From Pseudomonadales bacterium (GTDB lineage Bacteria; Pseudomonadota; Gammaproteobacteria; Pseudomonadales; Azotimanducaceae), in NCBI GenBank assembly GCA_963691775.1, contig OY829369.1, forward strand, positions 2,044,480-2,108,479: a DNA stretch of 64,000 nucleotides, given 5' to 3'. The notes below the pieces were generated by a model. That model saw nothing but the letters and a program-made list of their open reading frames with translations, had not been told where the DNA came from and did not search any database. Below are positions 11,649 to 20,203 of the stretch, one piece after another. Made by a program: the position numbers and the translations under genes. Position 1 is the first letter of the stretch; each line of letters begins with the position of its first letter.

Positions 11649-13774
11649 CCGTGCCGCCGTCCAACGTGATCGCGCAGAGGGGTGAGTACCGCAAGCTCGA
11701 TCTCGGCCGTGACCGCTGCATCGGCCTGCTCGCCGAGCGCGGCGAGCTTTGCTCCGAGCGCAGTCTCGTCACCCCCGCGCGCCCGCGTTTCTGTCCAGGC
11801 GTCGAGCAGGTCGGCTACGGGCGCGAGCAGATCGATGAGCGGCGCGAGCGTCGCGAAGTCGGCATTGCGCTGCTGGAGGGGATGGAGCGAGACCTGCGCC
11901 ATGCGCCAGCGATGGGCACGGTCCCGGAGCACCATCTCGCGTGAGGGTTGGTCGGGCGCTGCTGCAAAGGCAGCGAGTTCCCTGGCGAACGCGAGCACGT
12001 CGAGGCTTTCCGGAGGCAGCAGATCGACCGGGCGCCGAAGCTCCGTGTCCGCATCGTAGGGCCGGGGCAGTTCTGCGCTGCCCATGCCCGATCCTTCACC
12101 GCGATGGATCGCCAGGGCTTCTCCGAGCAACCGCCGGTACCAGCGCACGGGCTCGAAGGCGGCCAGCGCAATGCGCAGATGATGGAGTTCATCCGGGCGC
12201 ACGCCCATGCGCAGCAGCAAGGGCTCGTTGCCAGACAGCGGCCTGCAATCGGTATGCGCCTCCAGATGCGCAAGCAGGGCCGGCAGACGGCGCTCGAAGT
12301 CGTCAGCGTCACAGCGCGCCGGGTCTGTCCAGAGACGCTCGGCAACCGCCGCCAGGCGTCCATACAGACGCGCGTCGAGCAGCTCCGGCGTAACCAGCTC
12401 CGACCACATGCAGGCTTCGCCGCCGAGCACGCGGCCCGCAATGGGCGCTAAGCGCTCAGGCGCCGAAGGCGCCGTGCGCAGCACGGCCTGAATGCCGCGG
12501 CGCACGCTTGCGAGGCGGGGCGCGTCGAGCATCTGCGCCTCGGCGAGGGCGAGCCCCTCAGGGCCGGAGGCGGGATCGAAGGCGTAGTGCACGCGTGCGG
12601 GATAATTCAGATCAAGGTAATAGCCCGACGAGGACAGCGCATCGTGGCCGCCGGTGAGCGCGGCCCCGAGCGAGCTCGAGCCGCGCCAGGACTGCACGAT
12701 CACATCCTCCGGCAGATCTGGCGCGAGCACCTCGTCCCAGGCGACCGCACGGCGACCATGCCGTCGAACAACACCCGCCATCTCGCGTTCGAACCAGCGC
12801 TGCACATCCCGGGCAGCGTGAAGCCCCCGTTCCGCGCACCACTGCAAACGACGCGCATCCTTGAAGACATAGACCTCCGGATGCACCTCATCGCCCCCGA
12901 TGTGCAGATAGCGGTCCGGAAACAGGGCGACCAGATCCGCGACGACCGCATCAAGCGTCTCCCAGGTCGCGTCGAGGGTCGGATCGAGGGCGTGGCGCGA
13001 GGGCCCGAAGGCGCGCGGCAGCGCGTCCGGCGGCACGCCCGCGGCAAGCTCGGGACGGGCATGGACGATCGCGCCCGCGTGGCCCGGCACGTCGAGCTCC
13101 GGGACGATGCGGATGCCGCGGATTGCAGCGTCGGCCACGAGGCGCTCGATCTCGCCAACGCGAAGATAGGCGCCCTGCGCTCCACGCTCGAAGAGCTCCG
13201 GGCAACCAGGCGTTTCAATCCGGAAGCCCTGATCGTCATTCAGATGCAGATGCAGAACGTTGAGACCGAGCGCCGCCATACCGTCAAGCGTGCGCAGCAG
13301 TGTGGCGAGCGGCATGTGATGACGCGCGAGGTCCAGCAGCAGCCCACGCCATGGAAGATGTGGCGCATCTTCGATCACGAACGCCGGCACGTGCGCCCCA
13401 CGACCGTCGCGAGCGACGAACTGGAGCAGTCGCTCGAGCCCGTGGCTGACCCCGAAACAGGTCGCCGCGTCGATTTCCGCCCCCGATGAGGTCACGCGCA
13501 GCCGATAGCGCTCATCATCACCCAGGCTCGGGGCGCGTTCCGGATCCGCGTCCGCCTGAATCTGGAGCACGGGCGCATCCGGCGTTGCCGGAGCAAGTAA
13601 TCCATCGAAGCGACGCTGGTGACGACGGAGCAGGCGGCGCAGGCCGACGGACGCATGCGCAGGGCCACTGATGCGCAGGCCACGGTCGAGGTCGAGCCGT
13701 CCCCAGCGGGGGTCCAGGCGCTGCGGCAACGGCAGCGGACCCGAAAGATCAACGACGTCTCGAATGGTGGCCAT
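11645..13774 (-). CDS. beta-N-acetylhexosaminidase, glycoside hydrolase family 20
   Basis: 709 aa. RGLLLDLARH, LNVLHLHLNDDQGFRIE and YLHIGGDEV (catalytic D-E pair) motifs. Confidence 0.88.
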   Translation of the reverse strand: MATIRDVVDLSGPLPLPQRLDPRWGRLDLDRGLRISGPAHASVGLRRLLRRHQRRFDGLLAPATPDAPVLQIQADADPERAPSLGDDERYRLRVTSSGAEIDAATCFGVSHGLERLLQFVARDGRGAHVPAFVIEDAPHLPWRGLLLDLARHHMPLATLLRTLDGMAALGLNVLHLHLNDDQGFRIETPGCPELFERGAQGAYLRVGEIERLVADAAIRGIRIVPELDVPGHAGAIVHARPELAAGVPPDALPRAFGPSRHALDPTLDATWETLDAVVADLVALFPDRYLHIGGDEVHPEVYVFKDARRLQWCAERGLHAARDVQRWFEREMAGVVRRHGRRAVAWDEVLAPDLPEDVIVQSWRGSSSLGAALTGGHDALSSSGYYLDLNYPARVHYAFDPASGPEGLALAEAQMLDAPRLASVRRGIQAVLRTAPSAPERLAPIAGRVLGGEACMWSELVTPELLDARLYGRLAAVAERLWTDPARCDADDFERRLPALLAHLEAHTDCRPLSGNEPLLLRMGVRPDELHHLRIALAAFEPVRWYRRLLGEALAIHRGEGSGMGSAELPRPYDADTELRRPVDLLPPESLDVLAFARELAAFAAAPDQPSREMVLRDRAHRWRMAQVSLHPLQQRNADFATLAPLIDLLAPVADLLDAWTETRARGGDETALGAKLAALGEQADAAVTAEIELAVLTPLRDHVGRRHG

Positions 13775-14029
13775 GAATACTTTCTCGGACAGTCACGCCG
13801 AGTCGACACGTCCCGCAGGAAAGCTGTCAAGGCGAGCGTACGCCAGGTGACCCTCTGCGCGGTGCGCTGGGAGCGAGCCTCCAGCCGCCGCCCGCGCACG
13901 GCCTGAGGGCCCATGCGTCGGATCCGCAGCGGGGCGAAGGCGCCGGCGAGACGCGAGGTGCAGCGGCAAGGCGAGGGGCGCGCGCGTCCGCTATGGTGCG
14001 CCCTCTCGCATTCGCACCTCGGACACCCC

Positions 14030-16063
14030 ATGCGCACGCTTATCTTTCTCGCCCTGACGCTCACCGCAGCCGGCGCCGCCGCCGAGCCGGCGTTCTTCAG
14101 CGCCGAAGACGTCTTCGACCTCGAATACGCGAGCGATCCGCGTATCTCTCCAGACGGCAAGCGCATCGTTTACGTCAGGCGCGCGAACGACATCATGCGC
14201 GACCGCACCCGCGCCGACCTCTGGAGCATCGGGGTGGACGGTTCGCGCCATCGCCCGCTGGTGGTGGAGAACGCCGCGGCGACCTCACCTCGCTTCTCGC
14301 CTGCGGGGGATCGTCTCGCGTGGATTCGCTCAAGCTCTGACGGCCCGGAAATCGTCGTGCGCTGGCTCGACGGGGACGAAACCGCACCGATCGCGCGCCT
14401 GCGCGAGCGTCCGCGCAATCTGTCCTGGTCGCCGGACGGCCGCTGGATCGCATTCACCCAGACCGTTGCCGCAGACGCGCAGCCCCTTGCACCACGCCGC
14501 AGCGGCCCCGAGGGATCGGAGTGGTCAGACCCCGTGAAGGTGATCGACGCAGTGCGCTACAAGCGCGACGGCGCCGGCTTCCTCGAAGCGTCCTATCGCC
14601 AGGTGTTCGTGGTGCCGGCCGAGGGCGGCACGCCGCGTCAGCTCACCTCCGGAGACTTCGAGCATCGCGGCCCACTCGCGTGGTCAGCGGATGCTGATCG
14701 CATCTACTTCAGCGCCAATCGCGAAGCGGACTGGGAATACGAAGCCGTGGAAACGGACCTATGGTCCGTGGCGGTTGCCGACGGCGCGCTCGAGCGAATC
14801 ACCGAGGCGCCGGGCGCAGAGACCGATCCAACCGTCTCGCCCGACGGCCGCCATCTCGCCTATCTCCACGACGACGGCGACAAGGTCGCCTGGCGCCCGG
14901 ACGTGCTCCGCATCCGCGATCTCCGCAATGGCGAGGACCGCGCGCTCACGGACACGCTCGACATCTCCGCAGGCGGGCCGCAATGGATCGACGATCGCGC
15001 CCTCGCCTATCACTTCGACGAAGCCGGCGCGCGCAAGGTCGCGCGCATCGACCTGCGCGGCCGCGTAGAGGTTCTCGCCGAATCGCTCGGCGGCACGAGC
15101 CTGGGGCGCCCCTATCTGTCCGGCAGCTTTGCGGTAGGTCGCGGCGGCACCGTCGCCTTCACGCACGGCACGGCCTCACGGCCCGCGGAACTCGCGGTTG
15201 CCGATCGTCGCGGAGTTCGCGTGCTGACGGTGCTCAACGAGGATCTGCTCGGCAATCGCACCCTCGGCGAGGTGCACGAGATCCGCTACACGTCCTCCCA
15301 CGACGACCTGCCGATCCAGGGCTGGTACATGACCCCGCCCGACTACGAGCCCGGTCGCGCTTACCCGACGATCCTGGAGATTCACGGCGGGCCGCATCTC
15401 GCCTACGGCCCACAGTTCAGCGCGGAGATGCAGCGCATGGCGGCCGAGGGCTACGTCGTGTTCTACGACAATCACCGAGGCAGCACCGGCTACGGCGAGG
15501 ACTTCGCCCTGGCGCTGCAGTACCGCTATGCCTCCGAAGCAGATTTCGCCGACCACATGAGTGGCCTCGACGCCCTCATCGAACGCGGCATCGCGGATCC
15601 GGACCAGCTCTACATCACCGGCGGCTCTGCCGGCGGCATTGCCAGCGCCTACGCGATCGGCTTGACGGATCGCTTCCGGGCCGCTGCGGTCGCCAAGCCC
15701 GTGATCAACTGGGTGAGCAAGGTGCTCACGGCCGACTCCTATCTGTATCAGGTGCCCTTCCAGTTCCCGGGCATGCCCTGGGATGAACTCGAACACTACT
15801 GGCAGCGCTCCCCGCTCTCCCTTGTCGGCAACGTGACCACGCCGACGCTGCTGATCACCGGCGAAGAAGACCAGCGCACGCCGATCTCGGAAACGGAGCA
15901 GTTCTATCAGGCCCTGAAACTGCGCCGCGTCGATACGGTGATGGTCCGCGTGCCGGGCTCCCCCCACGGCATCGCCGGTCGCCCGTCGCGCCTGAACGCC
16001 AAGGTGGACAACATCCTCGCCTGGTTCGAGCGCTATGCGCCCGCGGCGGACGCCGGCAACTGA
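14030..16063 (+). CDS. S9 family serine peptidase (prolyl oligopeptidase / acylaminoacyl-peptidase type), secreted
   Basis: Start re-placed to the signal peptide MRTLIFLALTLTAAGAAAEP. N-terminal beta-propeller-like region. C-terminal hydrolase with ITGGSAGG nucleophile elbow and a late GSPHG His. Confidence 0.88.
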   Translation: MRTLIFLALTLTAAGAAAEPAFFSAEDVFDLEYASDPRISPDGKRIVYVRRANDIMRDRTRADLWSIGVDGSRHRPLVVENAAATSPRFSPAGDRLAWIRSSSDGPEIVVRWLDGDETAPIARLRERPRNLSWSPDGRWIAFTQTVAADAQPLAPRRSGPEGSEWSDPVKVIDAVRYKRDGAGFLEASYRQVFVVPAEGGTPRQLTSGDFEHRGPLAWSADADRIYFSANREADWEYEAVETDLWSVAVADGALERITEAPGAETDPTVSPDGRHLAYLHDDGDKVAWRPDVLRIRDLRNGEDRALTDTLDISAGGPQWIDDRALAYHFDEAGARKVARIDLRGRVEVLAESLGGTSLGRPYLSGSFAVGRGGTVAFTHGTASRPAELAVADRRGVRVLTVLNEDLLGNRTLGEVHEIRYTSSHDDLPIQGWYMTPPDYEPGRAYPTILEIHGGPHLAYGPQFSAEMQRMAAEGYVVFYDNHRGSTGYGEDFALALQYRYASEADFADHMSGLDALIERGIADPDQLYITGGSAGGIASAYAIGLTDRFRAAAVAKPVINWVSKVLTADSYLYQVPFQFPGMPWDELEHYWQRSPLSLVGNVTTPTLLITGEEDQRTPISETEQFYQALKLRRVDTVMVRVPGSPHGIAGRPSRLNAKVDNILAWFERYAPAADAGN

Positions 16064-16148
16064 GGCCGCGCACGTTGGCGACGGCCCCCGCTTCTGCGAG
16101 ACTCCGCGCCCTTCACGCGGGCTGCCCGCGGTGAGCTCCGGGAGAGAC

Positions 16149-16745
16149 GTGTTGAACATCCAGGCGCGCATGCGCGAAATCATCGAGGCCGAGGCGCAGG
16201 CCGTCGCCGCCATCCCCGTGGACGACCAGTTCGCAGCCGCTGTACAGGCCATGGCGGACTGCACGGGCAAGATTCTCACTACCGGCATCGGCAAGGCCGG
16301 CTACGTCGCGTCACGCTTTGCGGCGACCCTGTGCTCGACCGCTACGCCGGCTCACTTCGTGCACCCGGCGGAAGCCGCCCACGGTGATCTGGGCATCGTT
16401 GCAGAAGGCGACTGCATCATCGCGTTCTCGACCTCAGGCAAGTCGAACGAAGTGCTGGAAATGCTGGAATTCTCTCGCCACCTCGGCCGCGAGACGATCA
16501 TCGGCATCACCTCGCACACCGATTCACCGCTGCGTGAGCTGTCCGACATCGTCCTAAACATGGGCGCGATTGAAGAGCCGTGCCCGCACGGCCTGACGCC
16601 TTCAGCCTCGCTTGCTGCCATGAGCGCAATCTGCGATGCCCTGTCGCTCACGCTCATGGAGATGAAGGGCGTCACCCGCCGCGACTACGGCATCCGCCAC
16701 CACGGGGGCTACCTCGGCCGCGCCGCGCGCCTAGACAACGAGTAA
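16149..16745 (+). CDS. SIS-domain sugar-phosphate isomerase family protein
   Basis: GKILTTGIGKAGYVASRFAATL and IIAFSTSGKSNEV motifs (KpsF/GutQ-like SIS core without CBS domains). Start uncertain: GTG 16149 or ATG 16170. The track start at 16035 overlaps the peptidase. Confidence 0.75.
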   Translation: MLNIQARMREIIEAEAQAVAAIPVDDQFAAAVQAMADCTGKILTTGIGKAGYVASRFAATLCSTATPAHFVHPAEAAHGDLGIVAEGDCIIAFSTSGKSNEVLEMLEFSRHLGRETIIGITSHTDSPLRELSDIVLNMGAIEEPCPHGLTPSASLAAMSAICDALSLTLMEMKGVTRRDYGIRHHGGYLGRAARLDNE

Positions 16746-16770
16746 AGCCACACGCAATCGCCGGGCGCCC

Positions 16771-19065
16771 TCACTCCAGGATCACTTCATAGAAGATCTG
16801 GAACATCGGCGCGGCGCCAATGCCATCGTGGCCGGACAGGCGCCCGCCCGGCACGAACTCGAGACCGCGGATGGCTGGGTCGACACCAACGCCGTTGTCG
16901 GTCGGCGCATGATCGAAGGGCGCGCCGCCGTTCGCTTGCGCTGAGTAGCGCACGTCAGTTGCGAGGTTGAAGCTGACGCCACTGTCGCCCCCGGGATCGG
17001 CGAAGCCGATCGCGCCAGCGCCCCCGTCGACGCGCAGCTCAAGCGGTTCCGGCAGCGCGTCGCGCACGGCCAGGCTCGCAGCATCGGGGCGACCCGGTCC
17101 GAAATTCGACACCTGCACGGTGTAGCGGATGCGGGCGCCGGGAATGCGCTTCGGGTTGGACCCGTTCACCGGATCGGCAAGAACCTGGGAGCTCTTCACG
17201 ATCAGAAGATCGGGCATCAGCGCTCCGCACGGCCGCGTCAGCGCGCGCTGCGCCTGAATCTCGCTTTGCGACAGCGCGGCGCCAAAAATCCGCACTTCAT
17301 CGATATCACCCTGGAAACGGCGACTTCCCGAACCCGGCTTCCAGCGGCCGACGCTCAGTGCCGTTTGCGCCGTGAAGGCACGTATGGCACCCGTCCGGGC
17401 ACTCTGGCCCGCAAGTGCACCGTTTACGTAGATGCGTAGCTGGCTGCCGTCGTAGACCCCCGCGACGTGCTGCCATTCACCCTCGACGCTCGGCGTCGAA
17501 GCCTGAACAAAGGTCCGCCCAGAGGTGGTCTGGACTGCAAACTCTGGGAAACCGTTGTCCTGACGGTGCTGAAGCCAGAATTGCCCGGTGTCGCCGCTGT
17601 CGTTGGACGTGACGATATTGGCCCAGCCTTCACCCGAGCTCGGCGGGATGCCCCAGCGCATCCACGCCATCGCGGTCAGCGCCTGCGTACCGCCGATCCC
17701 GAGATCGACATTGCCCGCCGTCGCGCCGCTGTCACCGCCCGGAAACACGCCGTAGCGGCACGTGCTCTCTTCTCCGGACTCCCCGAGGGCCGGCAGCACC
17801 AGACCGGACCCAGTGCTGCCTTCCGCGGTGAGAGCGAAGCCGTTGATCTCGTCGCTGAAGGTGCCAAGGAATGGATCTTCCTCGAACAGGTAAGCCGCGC
17901 GCGCCGCACCGCTCCCACCGCAAGGGCCGACGTTGCTGTTCTGATCACAGGTCGTTCCGCCGACCGATCCGCTACCGTTGATCGTCGGTGCATTGATGTC
18001 ACCGGTCACCGTGCCACTGTTGTTGACCGTGTTCGGCGACTCGACGTTGCCGTCGATGGTGCCACTGTTGTTCACGTTGCCACCGGCGGCCACGTCGCCT
18101 TCGACAGTGCCGCCGCCGTTGTTGTTCACGTCACCGCTGGCGTCGACATCACCGCCGATGATGTTGTTGTTGTTGACGTTACCCCCCGACGTCACCGGTC
18201 CACCTATTTCGCCGCCACCATTGTTGTTCACGTCGCCGCCTGCGACGACGCCGCCGCCAATAACGTTGTTGTTATTGACGTTGCCCCCTGCCGTCACGGC
18301 CCCGCCTACGGTGCCGCCGCCGTTGTTGTTGAGGTCACCACCTGCATCGACGCTGCCGCCAATAACGTTGTTGTTGTTGACGTTGCCTCCTGCAATGACG
18401 TTCCCACCGATGCTTCCCGAACCGCTGACGCTGACGTCACCCGCAGCGTTCACCGTTCCGGTGATTGCGCCATTGGTGCTGACGTTCCCGGAGGCGGAGA
18501 CGTTCCCGTCGATCGTCGAGTTGCTGCCGTTCACGCTGACGTCGTCGGCATCGAGATCGCCCGTGAGGTTCACGTTGCTCGAGACGTTGACGTTCCCGCT
18601 CGCCGTGAGGTCACCGCTGAAGGTGGTGCGATTGCCGAGGTTCGCGTTCCCGGCGATGGTCGCATCGCCCTCGAAAGACGCTCGATTGGCGCCATTCAGA
18701 TTGCCGCCGACGATGAGCGTCACCGCGTAGTCGCTGCGAATGCCCGGGCTGAGGTTACCGGCGACATCGAGAATGAGGTCGGCGGGGTTCTGAGCGGCGT
18801 TGATCTCCGAGTTGCGGCCGCCGATAAAGTCGCCGTTGACGTCGAGTATCACCGGAGTCGCGGACAGCACGATGTCGTCATTGTTTGCGAGAACGACGTT
18901 GCCCGGACAGGAAACGGTGTTGCCCACCACCGCACAGCCGCTGAACGGGCCGCTCGCGGTATTCACGCCCGGGAGTGTGAAAGTTGCTGCTGTCGCTCGG
19001 CCAGCGAAGGTCAACAAGACAGCGACGACCGAAGCGCGCAGCAACCAACGGCGCCGGTCTTCCAT
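16771..19065 (-). CDS. secreted Asn/Gly-rich beta-helix repeat protein with LamG (concanavalin-like) domain and DUF11-like C-terminal domain
   Basis: 764 aa. Signal peptide MEDRRRWLLRASVVAVLLTFAGRATA. About 250 aa of 17-residue G-x-V-N periodicity, including three 34-aa repeats GGNVNNNNVIGG.V.AGGD.NNNGGG..G.V... LamG-like core ends ...LRIYVNGAL...GDIDEVRIFGAALS. C-terminus has RIPGARIRYTVQVSNFGPG (DUF11-like). Confidence 0.85.
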   Translation of the reverse strand: MEDRRRWLLRASVVAVLLTFAGRATAATFTLPGVNTASGPFSGCAVVGNTVSCPGNVVLANNDDIVLSATPVILDVNGDFIGGRNSEINAAQNPADLILDVAGNLSPGIRSDYAVTLIVGGNLNGANRASFEGDATIAGNANLGNRTTFSGDLTASGNVNVSSNVNLTGDLDADDVSVNGSNSTIDGNVSASGNVSTNGAITGTVNAAGDVSVSGSGSIGGNVIAGGNVNNNNVIGGSVDAGGDLNNNGGGTVGGAVTAGGNVNNNNVIGGGVVAGGDVNNNGGGEIGGPVTSGGNVNNNNIIGGDVDASGDVNNNGGGTVEGDVAAGGNVNNSGTIDGNVESPNTVNNSGTVTGDINAPTINGSGSVGGTTCDQNSNVGPCGGSGAARAAYLFEEDPFLGTFSDEINGFALTAEGSTGSGLVLPALGESGEESTCRYGVFPGGDSGATAGNVDLGIGGTQALTAMAWMRWGIPPSSGEGWANIVTSNDSGDTGQFWLQHRQDNGFPEFAVQTTSGRTFVQASTPSVEGEWQHVAGVYDGSQLRIYVNGALAGQSARTGAIRAFTAQTALSVGRWKPGSGSRRFQGDIDEVRIFGAALSQSEIQAQRALTRPCGALMPDLLIVKSSQVLADPVNGSNPKRIPGARIRYTVQVSNFGPGRPDAASLAVRDALPEPLELRVDGGAGAIGFADPGGDSGVSFNLATDVRYSAQANGGAPFDHAPTDNGVGVDPAIRGLEFVPGGRLSGHDGIGAAPMFQIFYEVILE
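18085..18390 (-). repeat. three tandem 102-bp coding repeats (34 aa each, aa 226-327 of the beta-helix protein)
   Basis: The core aataacgttgttgtt(a/g)ttgacgttgcc recurs at 18259 and 18361, giving a 102-nt period. A more diverged copy (gatgatgttgttgttgttgacgtt) lies near 18157. The protein repeats align residue for residue. Confidence 0.85.
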
Positions 19066-19162
19066 GCCTCAGAACACTTGACCGTTAGTTCACCGAGCGT
19101 ACACGGCAAGTTCCGCTTCAAGGGCGCCGCAGCGGCGTACACATGTACGCCGAATCCAGCAC

Positions 19163-20191
19163 TCAGTCAGCGCGCTTCATCAGCGTATGGACGACGCCGT
19201 AGCTGCGACCCGCGTCGAGACCGAAGAGTTCGGCGCAGGCCATGAAGAACATTCGCCAGCGCTGCACCCAGATCGTCGCCTCGTCTGCGCCGTAGGCTTC
19301 GTGGCAAAGGTCCGAAACAAGATCGATCGCCGCATCCTCGAGCGCAAGCCAGTCGTTGCAGGTGCGCTCGTAGTGGGTGCCCGGTACCCACCACCGGTCG
19401 ACCACCTGCACCTGCTGCGGAAAGCGCGAGAACTGCTCTTCATGCGGCATGATCCCGCCGGTGAAAAAGTAGCGCTCCATCCAGCCGCCGTCCGGCTCGT
19501 AGTGATAGCCCACGTCGCGATGACAGAAGACATGGGTGAACAGGCGCCCATCCGGCTTCAACCAGCCGGAGACCTTGCCGAGCAGCGCCGCCCAGTTGCT
19601 CATGTGCTCGAACATTTCGATGGAGCAGACGCGGTCGAACCGTTCTTCCGTATCCCATTCGACAACGTTCGCCGTGATCACCTCCAGGTTCCCGAACCCT
19701 TTTGCCGCCGCCGTCGCCTCGATGTGCGCGCGCTGGGTCGCGGAGTTCGACACCGCCGTGATGCGGCTCGTCGGGTAGTGCTCAGCGAGCCAGAGCGCAA
19801 GCGAACCCCAGCCGCAGCCGAGGTCGAGCAGGCGCATCCCGTCCTCGATCCCTGCGCGCTCGCAGGTGAGCGCGAGCATGGCCTCCTCCGCCTGCGCAAG
19901 CGTGACGTCCGGACCGTCGTACCAGCAGCAGGAATACTTCAGGCGTGGACCGAGGACGGTTGTGAAGAACTCACTGGGCACCTCGTAGTGCTGCGCGTTC
20001 GCGGTGTCCGTCGCCACCGCGATGGGGCCTTCGGAAATCGACTCGATGAAGCGCGCCTGCCGCGCAGCAATCGCATCGGCGCCCCCCGTCCGTTCGCTGA
20101 CCAGGCGCCGGCGGATGTTCCGGCGCATCCCGAAACGGGCAAGCCGGTCGGGAATCCAGCCTCGCTCGCAAAGTACGGCGGCGTCGACCAT
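19163..20191 (-). CDS. CFA-synthase-like (CMAS family) SAM-dependent methyltransferase, second copy
   Basis: 342 aa from ATG 20191, with GAGGAGG 7 nt upstream overlapping the cfa stop. QHYEVPSEFF, LLDLGCGWGSLALWLAE (SAM motif I) and SIEMFEH motifs. Confidence 0.85.
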   Translation of the reverse strand: MVDAAVLCERGWIPDRLARFGMRRNIRRRLVSERTGGADAIAARQARFIESISEGPIAVATDTANAQHYEVPSEFFTTVLGPRLKYSCCWYDGPDVTLAQAEEAMLALTCERAGIEDGMRLLDLGCGWGSLALWLAEHYPTSRITAVSNSATQRAHIEATAAAKGFGNLEVITANVVEWDTEERFDRVCSIEMFEHMSNWAALLGKVSGWLKPDGRLFTHVFCHRDVGYHYEPDGGWMERYFFTGGIMPHEEQFSRFPQQVQVVDRWWVPGTHYERTCNDWLALEDAAIDLVSDLCHEAYGADEATIWVQRWRMFFMACAELFGLDAGRSYGVVHTLMKRAD

Positions 20192-20203
20192 TGGCAAACC
20201 TCC

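Noticed and set aside
17467-19245. Plus-strand ORFs (592 aa, and the 250-aa Pro/Thr/Leu-rich repeat ORF at 17978-18730) opposite the beta-helix gene.
   Set aside because: Their repetitiveness is just the mirror image of the minus-strand 102-bp repeats. The minus-strand frame alone gives a signal peptide, a LamG core and one uninterrupted 764-aa product.
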